Shown piece by piece: positions 1 through 7,605 of a stretch of 29,281 bases of DNA; within the stretch, counting starts at the first letter, position 1; every line of letters begins with the position of its first letter. The notes below the pieces were generated by a model that was given only the letters and a program-made list of their open reading frames with translations, did not search any database and had not been told where the DNA came from. This stretch comes from a virus (Duplodnaviria; Caudoviricetes): positions 1 to 29,281 of IMG/VR virus record IMGVR_UViG_3300022538_000228, one strand, 5' to 3'. The translations under genes and the position numbers were made by a program.

Positions 1-77
1 ACACCATGTAGCATCAACTGAGAGCCAGTGTGCATAGTGCCGCAGTTGGGACAGTATGAATATGTATAGGCATTCAT
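1..77 (-). CDS. Partial small protein with CxxC (possible Zn-ribbon), truncated by the window edge
   Basis: Read by hand. GGAAGG RBS-like sequence, then ATG at 77; translation MNAYTYSYCPNCGTMHTGSQLMLHG is open to the window edge. Confidence 0.5.
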   Translation of the reverse strand, partial: MNAYTYSYCPNCGTMHTGSQLMLHG

Positions 78-138
78 CTAAACTACCTTCCTTCATAGTT
101 GTTCAGGCCAACACCCTGGCGGATGCTGGATTCAATAA

Positions 139-342
139 CTATATCTCACCATAGTTAAACAGCGGGCATTCCAGCCTCTCATAGCATGTCCTCTTATATT
201 GTTGTACTGGAGGACTGTCCATAAGATATACTGCTACCCATTGTCCATCAGGTAAGCATCGGAGGCTATTAATCTCACTGTCTGGTGGCTGTACTTCCCT
301 GGCTCTTTCCAAAGCCTTTTCAACAGATATTCTCAGTGCCAC
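139..342 (-). CDS. Hypothetical early protein (about 67 aa)
   Basis: ORF track 139..351. The RBS AAGGAGGTGA points to the GTG at 342 as the start (MALRISVEK...). Confidence 0.65.
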   Translation of the reverse strand: MALRISVEKALERAREVQPPDSEINSLRCLPDGQWVAVYLMDSPPVQQYKRTCYERLECPLFNYGEI

Positions 343-368
343 GTTAATCACCTCCTTATGAATTGATC

Positions 369-399
369 AGTCAAAAGGTCAATAAATGACCTTTCTTAA
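369..399 (-). repeat. 31-bp quasi-palindromic element, copy 1
   Basis: AGTCAAAAGGTCA ATAAA TGACCTTTCTTAA. Both 13-bp arms are exact reverse complements of the arms of copy 2. Confidence 0.9.
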
Positions 400-578
400 T
401 AATCATAGTCACCTTGCACAGAAGCTACTATGTGCTCCTCATCAGCGAGCATGTTCCAGACTTCGACCCTCTCATCAGCTTCATTGAAATGTACTTCAAT
501 AATATGGTTATGACTATCTGGAACAGCATCCAATAGTTTAGCTGCCTGTCTAATCAGCTCTTGTGGGATTGTCTTCAT
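396..578 (-). CDS. Hypothetical early protein (60 aa, acidic)
   Basis: ORF with strong RBS GGGAGGTGA upstream of the ATG; lies directly downstream of the promoter at 637-665. Confidence 0.75.
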   Translation of the reverse strand: MKTIPQELIRQAAKLLDAVPDSHNHIIEVHFNEADERVEVWNMLADEEHIVASVQGDYDY

Positions 579-636
579 ACTAAATCACCTCCCTTCAATC
601 ATTGAACTGTAAATATATAAACCCATTGTTAAGGAC

Positions 637-665
637 ATTATACCATAATACACCCCAGCTGTAAA
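637..665 (-). promoter_or_regulatory. Leftward sigma70-type promoter
   Basis: Minus strand reads TTTACA (665-660), 17-bp spacer, TATAAT (642-637), with an extended -10 TGn. Confidence 0.75.
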
Positions 666-700
666 GCTCCAATATTAAGGCTACACAGTTATATTCAAGG

Positions 701-1076
701 GTGTACGGTGTACGGTGTACGTGTACGTGTAGGCCCGTGGATACACTTTGATACAACCTGTACGTGTACGGGTGTACAAGTCCTTGGACATATATCTCCT
801 TAACTGTGCCGAGCTTGGGGTGAGTCAGATTTCCTTCTTTAAGTATATATAAAATATATATATAAAAAATAAGAAAAGACTCTAAGCATTTTTTAAGCTT
901 AGAAGGATTTAAGGATTTTAGTGTCACTTAGTGGTCATTATTGCTTATTTTGGGTTAAGAAAGGTCAATAAATGACCTTTTGACTTGGTATTGTTATAGC
1001 TGTGTCAGTACACGTACATTGTGTGACATAGTGTACCTAGACCCGTACACGTACACGTACACGTACAGATGTACAG
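701..1076. repeat. Inverted GTGTAC/GTACAC arrays flanking an A/T tract (origin-like region)
   Basis: GTGTAC at 701, 708, 715, 721, 764, 772; GTACAC at 1008, 1045, 1051, 1057; perfect 15-bp inverted repeat 759-773/1041-1055; 29 nt of pure A/T at 844-872. Confidence 0.8.
955..985 (+). repeat. 31-bp quasi-palindromic element, copy 2
   Basis: TTAAGAAAGGTCA ATAAA TGACCTTTTGACT. Confidence 0.9.
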
Positions 1077-1101
1077 GCTGATTTGTTTGTTTAAGGTTGG
1101 T

Positions 1102-1287
1102 TTACATAAAGTAATCAAAATCCCTTTCTGCTACAAGTGTACCGTCTGTATTGTATATGGAAATCTTTTTGTCATCGAATGCAATGTCTACATGGTGTGC
1201 ATCTGGGCTATAGTCCGCTACCCATTCACCTATGGCTATAATCTCCCTTACTGAGAACAATGCCAAGCACTTATGCTTTAATACCAT
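1102..1287 (-). CDS. Hypothetical early protein (about 61 aa)
   Basis: ORF track 1102..1299. The RBS-like AAGGTGGTGA favours the ATG at 1287 (MVLKHKCL...). Confidence 0.6.
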   Translation of the reverse strand: MVLKHKCLALFSVREIIAIGEWVADYSPDAHHVDIAFDDKKISIYNTDGTLVAERDFDYFM

Positions 1288-1308
1288 TGGTATCACCACC
1301 TTTCCAGT

Positions 1309-1334
1309 AAGAAAAGGCGGGCTTTCACCCGCCT
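1309..1334 (-). terminator. Rho-independent terminator
   Basis: Minus strand AGGCGGG-TGAAAG-CCCGCCT-TTTCTT, 10 nt after the stop of ORF 1345..1686. Confidence 0.75.
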
Positions 1335-1344
1335 CCCTTGGTTG

Positions 1345-1686
1345 TTAAACCAGGCCTAACTTGTCCAGTACTGCTATCTCTTCCTTGGTTGCCTTTAGCC
1401 TTGCCTCGTAAACCTTTTTCTTCATGGTAGCCTTGGATTCACCTGGTTTAGTCCACTGATCCTTCTTCAGCGTAGCCCATACTTCAGCCACCTTTGCCTT
1501 CCGCTCATCATCGGTGTAGTCCTTGCTATTCATGCCAGCAGTGCTGTCTATCAGCTTTTGGCACAGGCCGTGTAGTTTACAGTTGGCTTGCATGGTCTGG
1601 GGCAGGTCGGACACCTTGTACTGCACACCATACAATGATAGCGTACCCTTGGTGAAGTCCTTGGTCATCTTTCGCTTGGTAGTCAT
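1345..1686 (-). CDS. Hypothetical Lys-rich early protein (113 aa)
   Basis: ORF with RBS GGAGGTGA, followed by a terminator. Confidence 0.8.
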   Translation of the reverse strand: MTTKRKMTKDFTKGTLSLYGVQYKVSDLPQTMQANCKLHGLCQKLIDSTAGMNSKDYTDDERKAKVAEVWATLKKDQWTKPGESKATMKKKVYEARLKATKEEIAVLDKLGLV

Positions 1687-1720
1687 AGTGTATCACCTCC
1701 TTCCATATACAGCGTTAGCG

Positions 1721-1849
1721 TTATGATAAGCCCTTGGTTGCTATGGGAAACAGCTTCCGTAATAGCCTACGCTCATCTGGCGTACACTGTGGCCAGCGTT
1801 CTCTAATCACCCTACGCATTACCATGCGCCTTATGAGCTTGTGTATCAT
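1721..1849 (-). CDS. Small basic protein (42 aa), not in the ORF track
   Basis: RBS GGGAGGTGA, then ATG at 1849. Translation MIHKLIRRMVMRRVIRERWPQCTPDERRLLRKLFPIATKGLS*. First ORF after the promoter at 1886-1914. Confidence 0.6.
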   Translation of the reverse strand: MIHKLIRRMVMRRVIRERWPQCTPDERRLLRKLFPIATKGLS

Positions 1850-1885
1850 GGTATCACCTCCCACCGTAAAACCGTTTTTGATTTC

Positions 1886-1914
1886 ATTGTACACTGTTCC
1901 AATTGAAATGTCAA
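1886..1914 (-). promoter_or_regulatory. Leftward sigma70-type promoter
   Basis: Minus strand reads TTGACA (1914-1909), 17-bp spacer, TACAAT (1891-1886). Confidence 0.8.
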
Positions 1915-2146
1915 GTTATTTCTCAAACTGGCCGTGGGTGCGGGTTTCCCGAGGTCACTGATCAATTGGAACACTTAATGGAACAACCAAATGAAACTGA
2001 ATTGGAACACCCTTGGAACACCACAGGAAGACCCCACCAAGCCCCATGACCCCCTTATGAATGCTATTGATTGGATTACTCAGGCTACACATGCCAAGTT
2101 TTTAAACCAAGTGCTTAGGACTTCCTAAGTGGTTGTTGGAACAACC
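1895..2146. repeat. TGGAACA repeats and two short perfect inverted repeats in the divergent control region
   Basis: AATTGGAACAC at 1964 and 2000, AATGGAACA at 1977, TTGGAACAC at 2013, TTGGAACAA at 2136, and a reverse copy TGTTCCAATT at 1895-1904. Inverted repeats CTTAGGA-CT-TCCTAAG (2114-2129) and GGTTGTT-GG-AACAACC (2131-2146). Confidence 0.7.
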
Positions 2147-2174
2147 AGAAAGGTCAATAATTGACTCTTTGGCT
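2144..2174 (+). repeat. 31-bp quasi-palindromic element, copy 3
   Basis: ACCAGAAAGGTCA ATAAT TGACTCTTTGGCT, ending 27 bp upstream of the -35 box of the rightward promoter. Confidence 0.8.
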
Positions 2175-2201
2175 TATTTAACCTAACCTTGAATTAAACC
2201 C

Positions 2202-2230
2202 TTGACATTCTGGGTTTATTGTGGTACGGT
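2202..2230 (+). promoter_or_regulatory. Rightward promoter of the morphogenesis operon
   Basis: TTGACA (2202-2207), 17-bp spacer, TACGGT (2225-2230), with an extended -10 TGn. Confidence 0.65.
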
Positions 2231-2264
2231 TACCTTAACTAGTGTAACTTTATTTGGAGCATCT

Positions 2265-2723
2265 ATGACGGCAAAGTTTGAGCTTGATACTGAGACCTTG
2301 ATGGATCTGGAAGAGATAGGCCTGACTAATAAGCAAGTGGCTGTTGAGGTAGGCTGTCATCCAATGACCCTCTCCAGAAAGATCGCTGATGTACAGAAGA
2401 AGCAGGGTCTCCTTTTGCAGTATAGAGCCATCCAATCCCTCCAACTTACGGAGCTACAAGCTCGTGTCCTCGAAGCAATAACTCCTGAGAAGATTAATGA
2501 AGCGCCTTTACGAGACCTTGTGATTGCCTTTAAGGTCTTGAAGGATAAGGAGCTTAATCTTGATGGGAAGCCTTCAGATATCAAGGGTTTGGTAGCTTAC
2601 CTTATTGAGCTTGAGAAGGAAGACCTAGCTCTAGCAAAGCCTGTAGATGCTGTCGATGCAGAACATGAGGAGGTGCAAAATGACAAGGAAATAACTGATC
2701 CAGACTACGTACCGGAGGTGTAG
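2265..2723 (+). CDS. HTH protein, probable terminase small subunit (152 aa)
   Basis: GGAG RBS before the ATG at 2265; N-terminal HTH pattern (GLTNKQVAVEVGCHPMTLSRKI); helical middle and acidic tail; first gene upstream of the large terminase. Confidence 0.6.
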   Translation: MTAKFELDTETLMDLEEIGLTNKQVAVEVGCHPMTLSRKIADVQKKQGLLLQYRAIQSLQLTELQARVLEAITPEKINEAPLRDLVIAFKVLKDKELNLDGKPSDIKGLVAYLIELEKEDLALAKPVDAVDAEHEEVQNDKEITDPDYVPEV

Positions 2724-2728
2724 AAGCG

Positions 2729-2947
2729 ATGTTTAAACAGGTACTGAAGAAATGTGGAACCTGTAGTGGTGCAGGACATTTTGCGATAATGGCTGATCTC
2801 AGTGTCACTGCAGGTGATTGCATAAGTCATTATGAAGTCTGTCCTACTTGTAAGGGAAGAGGTATGGAGGAGACTAACACATTTATAGATTGTGGGAGCT
2901 GTGACGAATGCTTTGTATATGACTATGCTGGGTTAGGAGGAGGTTGA
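2729..2947 (+). CDS. Small DnaJ-type Zn-finger protein
   Basis: Two CxxCxGxG motifs (CGTCSGAG, CPTCKGRG) plus CGSCDEC. Confidence 0.65.
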   Translation: MFKQVLKKCGTCSGAGHFAIMADLSVTAGDCISHYEVCPTCKGRGMEETNTFIDCGSCDECFVYDYAGLGGG

Positions 2948-2948
2948 G

Positions 2949-3140
2949 GTGCCAGGGCAAGTCGCAAGAGTGAATGGTTATCAGACAACTTGGGGTGGTA
3001 AGCTTGTAGGTAAGGGAAAACCAGGGAGGTCGAAGAAGAAGGCTCAGACTCAACTCAATCTCTTAAGGGGTAAGAAGCATGGGTGGAGGCCTACAGGTGC
3101 GCCTGCAAAGTATAAAAGGGTCGCTAAACCAGGAAGATAA
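2949..3140 (+). CDS. Small basic hypothetical phage protein (63 aa)
   Basis: GGAGG RBS; K/R/G-rich; stop overlaps the terL start (TAATG). Confidence 0.7.
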   Translation: MPGQVARVNGYQTTWGGKLVGKGKPGRSKKKAQTQLNLLRGKKHGWRPTGAPAKYKRVAKPGR

Positions 3141-4624
3141 TGGAAGCATCAGTTCTTGCAAAATTGAAAGAGTGGAAAGAGAGTCCCTTGCTCTTTGTAA
3201 TTGAGTGCATTGGTGCAACTCCTTCAAAACAGCAAACTCAGGCTCTTAGGCTTCTTCCAAAGGCTAAAAGACTTACCATTCGTAGTGGCCATGGAACAGG
3301 AAAGGATGCCTTTGCTTCATGGGCAGCAATATGGTTCAGCTCTACCAGGACTTATCCAAAGGTTCCCTGCATAGCACCAACCGCTCATCAGCTCCAGGAC
3401 GTACTTTGGAGTGAGATGTCAAAGTGGTTGAGGCAGTCGAAAGTTGCTGATGAGTTCGTCATTCAGAAAGACAAGATATTTCATAAAGCAGCTCCGAAGG
3501 AATGGTGGATGAGAGCACTCTCTCCATCAGTCAAGGCTACCAAAGAGGAGCAGGCTGAAACGCTTGCTGGTCTTCATGCTGAACATATGCTGATAATTGG
3601 TGATGAAGTAAGCGGTATAAAAGATCCAACATTCATTCCCCTTGAAGGTGCCATGACTCAGGAGGATAATAAGGTTATCCTTATTAGTAATCCGACTAAG
3701 AATACTGGTTATTTCTTCGATACTCACTTTGATCCAACTATATCTAAGAAATGGACGAAGCTTCATTGGGATTCCAGAGAGAGTGAGCTTGTTACTGCAG
3801 ATATGATTAGCTACTTTAGGGATAAGTATGGAGAAGGTAGTAATGTCTGGAGAATTAGGGTAGAAGGGAATCCTCCTCTTGATGATGAAAGTACTTTCAT
3901 CCCACTATCTTGGGCACTGCAGTGTGTGGGGAATACTATCGAAGTCGATCCTGAGTGGCCTCTATACCTTTCTGTTGATATAGCTAGATACGGAGAAGAT
4001 GATAGCATCATCTTACCAAGGAGAGGTATGAAGATAAGCCGCTGGGATCGCTTTCATGGGAATCACACAATGGATCTTGCTCACCACGTTGTCAGGAATT
4101 TCAATGACTTAGAAGCTAGTGGAGTTGTTCTCGATGAGATTGGCGTAGGAGGTGGAGTCGTTGATTGGCTGCAGAATGACCCAAGGGGACTTGGACAGAA
4201 GGCTGTTGGGCTTAACGTTACAGAGGCCTCAAGTGACAAGAAGAAATGGCACAGACTTAGAGACGAACTCTGGGATCGAGTGAGAGGTCACTTAATGCAT
4301 ACCAGACTAGACCTTCCCGATGAGACGGTGAAGATGTTTGGGAAGGACTGGAACATTGGGCATCTCCTTGCCAATGAGCTGGCTGGCCCAAGGTACAAGA
4401 TGGATAAGAATGGAGCTATTCAGATTGAGAGCAAGCTGGATATGAAAGCACGAGGAATCACATCTCCAAATATTGCAGATGCGCTCATTATGTCTGAATT
4501 CTTCAACAATGTAGCCTTTGCAATGTGGGGGAAGAAGGAGAAGGAAAGACAAGTAAAGAGGCAATTCTCTCCTGCATTTCCAGCACCTCCTCAGAGCCCT
4601 CAGGCATGGATGACTCAAGGATAA
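3140..4624 (+). CDS. terL: Terminase large subunit
   Basis: Walker A SGHGTGKD, Walker B LIIGDE, coupling motif ISNP, RNase H-like nuclease motif LSVDIARYGEDDS, C-terminal SPNIADAL. Confidence 0.95.
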   Translation: MEASVLAKLKEWKESPLLFVIECIGATPSKQQTQALRLLPKAKRLTIRSGHGTGKDAFASWAAIWFSSTRTYPKVPCIAPTAHQLQDVLWSEMSKWLRQSKVADEFVIQKDKIFHKAAPKEWWMRALSPSVKATKEEQAETLAGLHAEHMLIIGDEVSGIKDPTFIPLEGAMTQEDNKVILISNPTKNTGYFFDTHFDPTISKKWTKLHWDSRESELVTADMISYFRDKYGEGSNVWRIRVEGNPPLDDESTFIPLSWALQCVGNTIEVDPEWPLYLSVDIARYGEDDSIILPRRGMKISRWDRFHGNHTMDLAHHVVRNFNDLEASGVVLDEIGVGGGVVDWLQNDPRGLGQKAVGLNVTEASSDKKKWHRLRDELWDRVRGHLMHTRLDLPDETVKMFGKDWNIGHLLANELAGPRYKMDKNGAIQIESKLDMKARGITSPNIADALIMSEFFNNVAFAMWGKKEKERQVKRQFSPAFPAPPQSPQAWMTQG

Positions 4625-4634
4625 GGAGGTAGTT

Positions 4635-5063
4635 ATGTTAACAAAAACTTATTTTGTTGTAGTATTCATATTGATTGTGTTGCTTGGCTTTTGGAGCTGG
4701 ACTAACGCAGAAGAACAAAAATTCGGCTACGGTTTTGACTTCAAAGGGACTCCTATTGCAATTGCTATCCCGCTGGGTCAGTCAGACTTTACTGTATCTG
4801 CGTGGAAGGTAACTTACTATGAACATCTAACAGCCGAGGTAGGACTTATAACACTTATTAATCCGGCTGTACCAGGGTATTACGAGATGCTAGGTTGTGA
4901 GAATATACCACTGGTTTTAGCATTACGTCGTCATCTTAACGAAGTAGACTTGTACTGGGTTTATCATGGTAATAAGAAAGTTGTGAAGGCTACCAAGGAA
5001 GAGTTTGAGAAAAGAAAGACGGAAGCACAATATATGTGTGTACTGGAGAGTAAGGACATATAG
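4635..5063 (+). CDS. Protein with an N-terminal signal peptide or membrane anchor (moron-like)
   Basis: RBS AAGGAGGT; hydrophobic N-terminus YFVVVFILIVLLGFWSW followed by TNA|EE; no lipobox cysteine. Confidence 0.7.
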   Translation: MLTKTYFVVVFILIVLLGFWSWTNAEEQKFGYGFDFKGTPIAIAIPLGQSDFTVSAWKVTYYEHLTAEVGLITLINPAVPGYYEMLGCENIPLVLALRRHLNEVDLYWVYHGNKKVVKATKEEFEKRKTEAQYMCVLESKDI

Positions 5064-5764
5064 TGGCTGCAATTCTTCCAAGAGAAGGGCCTGGCCTTGA
5101 AGAGGTGGCCCCTGGCATAGCACGCCAGAAAAGGGAGGCTAAACGACAGCTTCCAGTAGATACGCTTCTAGCACTTGTATCTGGTGGTATCGCTCCTATA
5201 TCAAGAGGGGCAGCTATGAGAGCTGTAGCTGCGACGCCTTTCAAAGCTGCACGTCTGGGATATCAAAGGGGTATAACTAGGGTTCCACAGCGAGTACTTG
5301 ATTGGGTTGAGAAGATCCGTATCATGCCTGCCCATAAGACGATGCGTGGGCAATTTAGGACTGGAACCAAGGAGCTGGAGCTTTTCCCCAGAAGGGGTGA
5401 GCTTATGAGGGGAGCAGAGAAGACGCTCCAGGAAGAACTTGCTCATGCAGCTCAAGCTGAAGCATCTAGGAGAGGGAAGAAATGGGCTAAGCAAGCATGG
5501 GGGCAACATAAGGAATTTGGGCAAAAACTTGCTTATCCCTATGGCTATGCAGCAAGTCCAATAGAGTATGGAGCTAAGAGTCTGGCTAAGGAAGCAATGG
5601 CTCTGGACATTCCTCTGAGCCCTAAAATATATAAGGGCATGCTTCAGCGGGGAATGCAAAAAGCACTGCGAAGGGGGAAGACCACTGGAGAGATCTTGGG
5701 AAGGACTAGGGGAATAGGAGAGAAAGGGATTTTGACTGAATTGATAGAGGGAGGAGTCTTTTAA
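5063..5764 (+). CDS. Basic Cys-free protein with a degenerate zincin-like motif (EELAH)
   Basis: 233-aa ORF coupled to both neighbours; TLQEELAHAAQ followed by SPIEYGA. Confidence 0.65.
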   Translation: MAAILPREGPGLEEVAPGIARQKREAKRQLPVDTLLALVSGGIAPISRGAAMRAVAATPFKAARLGYQRGITRVPQRVLDWVEKIRIMPAHKTMRGQFRTGTKELELFPRRGELMRGAEKTLQEELAHAAQAEASRRGKKWAKQAWGQHKEFGQKLAYPYGYAASPIEYGAKSLAKEAMALDIPLSPKIYKGMLQRGMQKALRRGKTTGEILGRTRGIGEKGILTELIEGGVF

Positions 5765-7600
5765 ATGCCGATAGCAGATCGCGAAGAAAGTCCTTCATCA
5801 ACGGGAGCCACAGCGTCAGATGATAAAGATCTGAACCAGCTTATTGATTGGCTTAAGAAGGCAGAGGAAAGTACTCCGGAGAAGAACTACAGAAAGGATT
5901 CTAAGGAAGACTATGCCTTCTACGCTGGTGATCAGGACACTGCTACCATTAAGCAAGATCTTGAGGATTTGAAGCGACCGTGTACAGTGTATAATGAGAT
6001 CAAGCCTAAGGTCGATATGCTTGTTGGTATGGCTGCGCAGACCAAGCATAGAGCTACTGTTATACCTATTGGCATGGAAGATGAGCCCCTGGTCGAAGTT
6101 ATGGCAGGCACCTTACTTCACTTCCAGAAGAAGGCGAAGATTCTGAGGAAGGAACTTGAGTGCTTTGAGCATACAGTGAAGAGTGGAAGATCACTCCTCT
6201 GGTTCTATATTGACAAGTCCAATCCTTTCAAGCTTGTGATTAAGGCCAAGAGGTTTCCTGGAGGAAATTTCTACTTAGATCCTGACTCCCAAGAGTATGA
6301 CATGTCAGATGCTAGGTACCTGTTCCTTGATAAGTGGCTTACTGAGCATCAGATAAAGCAGTTTTGGCCGGATTTCAACATATCAATGGCTCAGCAGTAT
6401 AGCAAGGATGCTGACTCGCCAAGCTTTTTCGATGAGGGAAGGGAGAAGTATAGAATTGTAGAAGGCTGGTACTATAAGTTTGTAGACGTTATCTACTTCA
6501 TAAACCCTATGACTAACAAGGTAGAGTACTTACCTCCTGCAGAATTCAAGGCATTTGAGAAGACTATGCAAGAAGGGCTTCCTCTTCCTGGTGGTAAGGT
6601 TTTTGAGTATGAGGAACCAATTCAGCAGCAGAAGTCTTTCAAGAAGCAGTATCATTATATGATTTTCTCTGGTGTGAATAAGCAGGAAGGTGGCCCAAGC
6701 CCATATAACTGGGAAGGCTTCCCTGGAGTACTTTTTGCAGCGTACAAGGAGCATGATACTAATGTCTGGTTTGGTGCAATAAAGAATGGAAAAGATCCAC
6801 AAAGGACTCTGAATGTCAACAGGAGACAATTGGTTCATCTCCTGCAGACCCTGCCTAAGGGTGTATTGAAGCATGAAGTAGGAGCAGTAATGAACATTGA
6901 TGAGTATGAGACAAAATCTGCTGAGCCTAACTTTCACCTGGAGGTTGCCAAGGGAATGTATGAAAAGGTTGGCTTTGTTGAGCAACCCAGGATTTCGCCT
7001 GTCTATGGTTTGCTTGACAGACTCCTTGTTCAAAGTATTAAGGATGAAATGGGGACTCAGGATTCACTTATGGGAATCCAAACTACAGGTAGGGAACCAG
7101 GAATAACTGTTAAAGCAAGGCAGCAGACTGGAATTGCTGTGCTTTATATACTGTTCGATAACTTCAGGGAGTCAAGGCTTCAGGGTGGAAAGATACATAT
7201 GTCCTTGATTCAACAGTATGTTACAATGAAGCAGGTTGTTAGAATTGAAGGGCCTAAGGGAGCTCAACTTTTAGAGATCAACTCACAGATGAATCCAGAG
7301 ATGGGTGGCTTCAATGACATTTCTGCTGGAGAGTTTGACTATGAGGTTGAGGAAACACCTGAAACTATGGTTATCAGGGCAGCTACTGCTCAGATGCTTG
7401 TAGACTTCTCACAGAATAATCCTGGTACAATTCCTCCAGATGTCATTCTGGAGTATACTGATCTGCCGTTCTCGGCAAAGCAGAAAGTCAAGGAATTCTG
7501 GCAAGCTCAACAGGATGCAGCTAAGCTGGAGAAAGATAGAGAGTATGAGCTTCGTCTGAAGGAGATTGAAGCTAAAAATAGACCTAAATCTAAGGAGTAG
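5765..7600 (+). CDS. Portal protein (P22-like)
   Basis: 611 aa; N-terminal DYAFYAGDQ...YNEIKPKVDMLVG pattern typical of P22-type portals; C-terminal coiled coil; lies between terL and scaffold/capsid. Confidence 0.9.
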   Translation: MPIADREESPSSTGATASDDKDLNQLIDWLKKAEESTPEKNYRKDSKEDYAFYAGDQDTATIKQDLEDLKRPCTVYNEIKPKVDMLVGMAAQTKHRATVIPIGMEDEPLVEVMAGTLLHFQKKAKILRKELECFEHTVKSGRSLLWFYIDKSNPFKLVIKAKRFPGGNFYLDPDSQEYDMSDARYLFLDKWLTEHQIKQFWPDFNISMAQQYSKDADSPSFFDEGREKYRIVEGWYYKFVDVIYFINPMTNKVEYLPPAEFKAFEKTMQEGLPLPGGKVFEYEEPIQQQKSFKKQYHYMIFSGVNKQEGGPSPYNWEGFPGVLFAAYKEHDTNVWFGAIKNGKDPQRTLNVNRRQLVHLLQTLPKGVLKHEVGAVMNIDEYETKSAEPNFHLEVAKGMYEKVGFVEQPRISPVYGLLDRLLVQSIKDEMGTQDSLMGIQTTGREPGITVKARQQTGIAVLYILFDNFRESRLQGGKIHMSLIQQYVTMKQVVRIEGPKGAQLLEINSQMNPEMGGFNDISAGEFDYEVEETPETMVIRAATAQMLVDFSQNNPGTIPPDVILEYTDLPFSAKQKVKEFWQAQQDAAKLEKDREYELRLKEIEAKNRPKSKE

Positions 7601-7605
7601 CAGAA

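Noticed and set aside
595-927. 110-aa minus-strand ORF
   Set aside because: It runs through the promoter, the GTGTAC arrays and the A/T tract. The low-complexity translation (IFYIYILYIL, HVHVH) mirrors the DNA repeats and there is no RBS.
701-1076. CRISPR array or mini-array
   Set aside because: The repeats are 6-7 bp tandem units with no unique 25-45 bp spacers. The 31-bp palindromes are dispersed rather than arrayed, and no cas genes are present.
2202-2264. TTG start at 2202 for the HTH gene
   Set aside because: That TTG is part of the TTGACA -35 box. The RBS supports the ATG at 2265.
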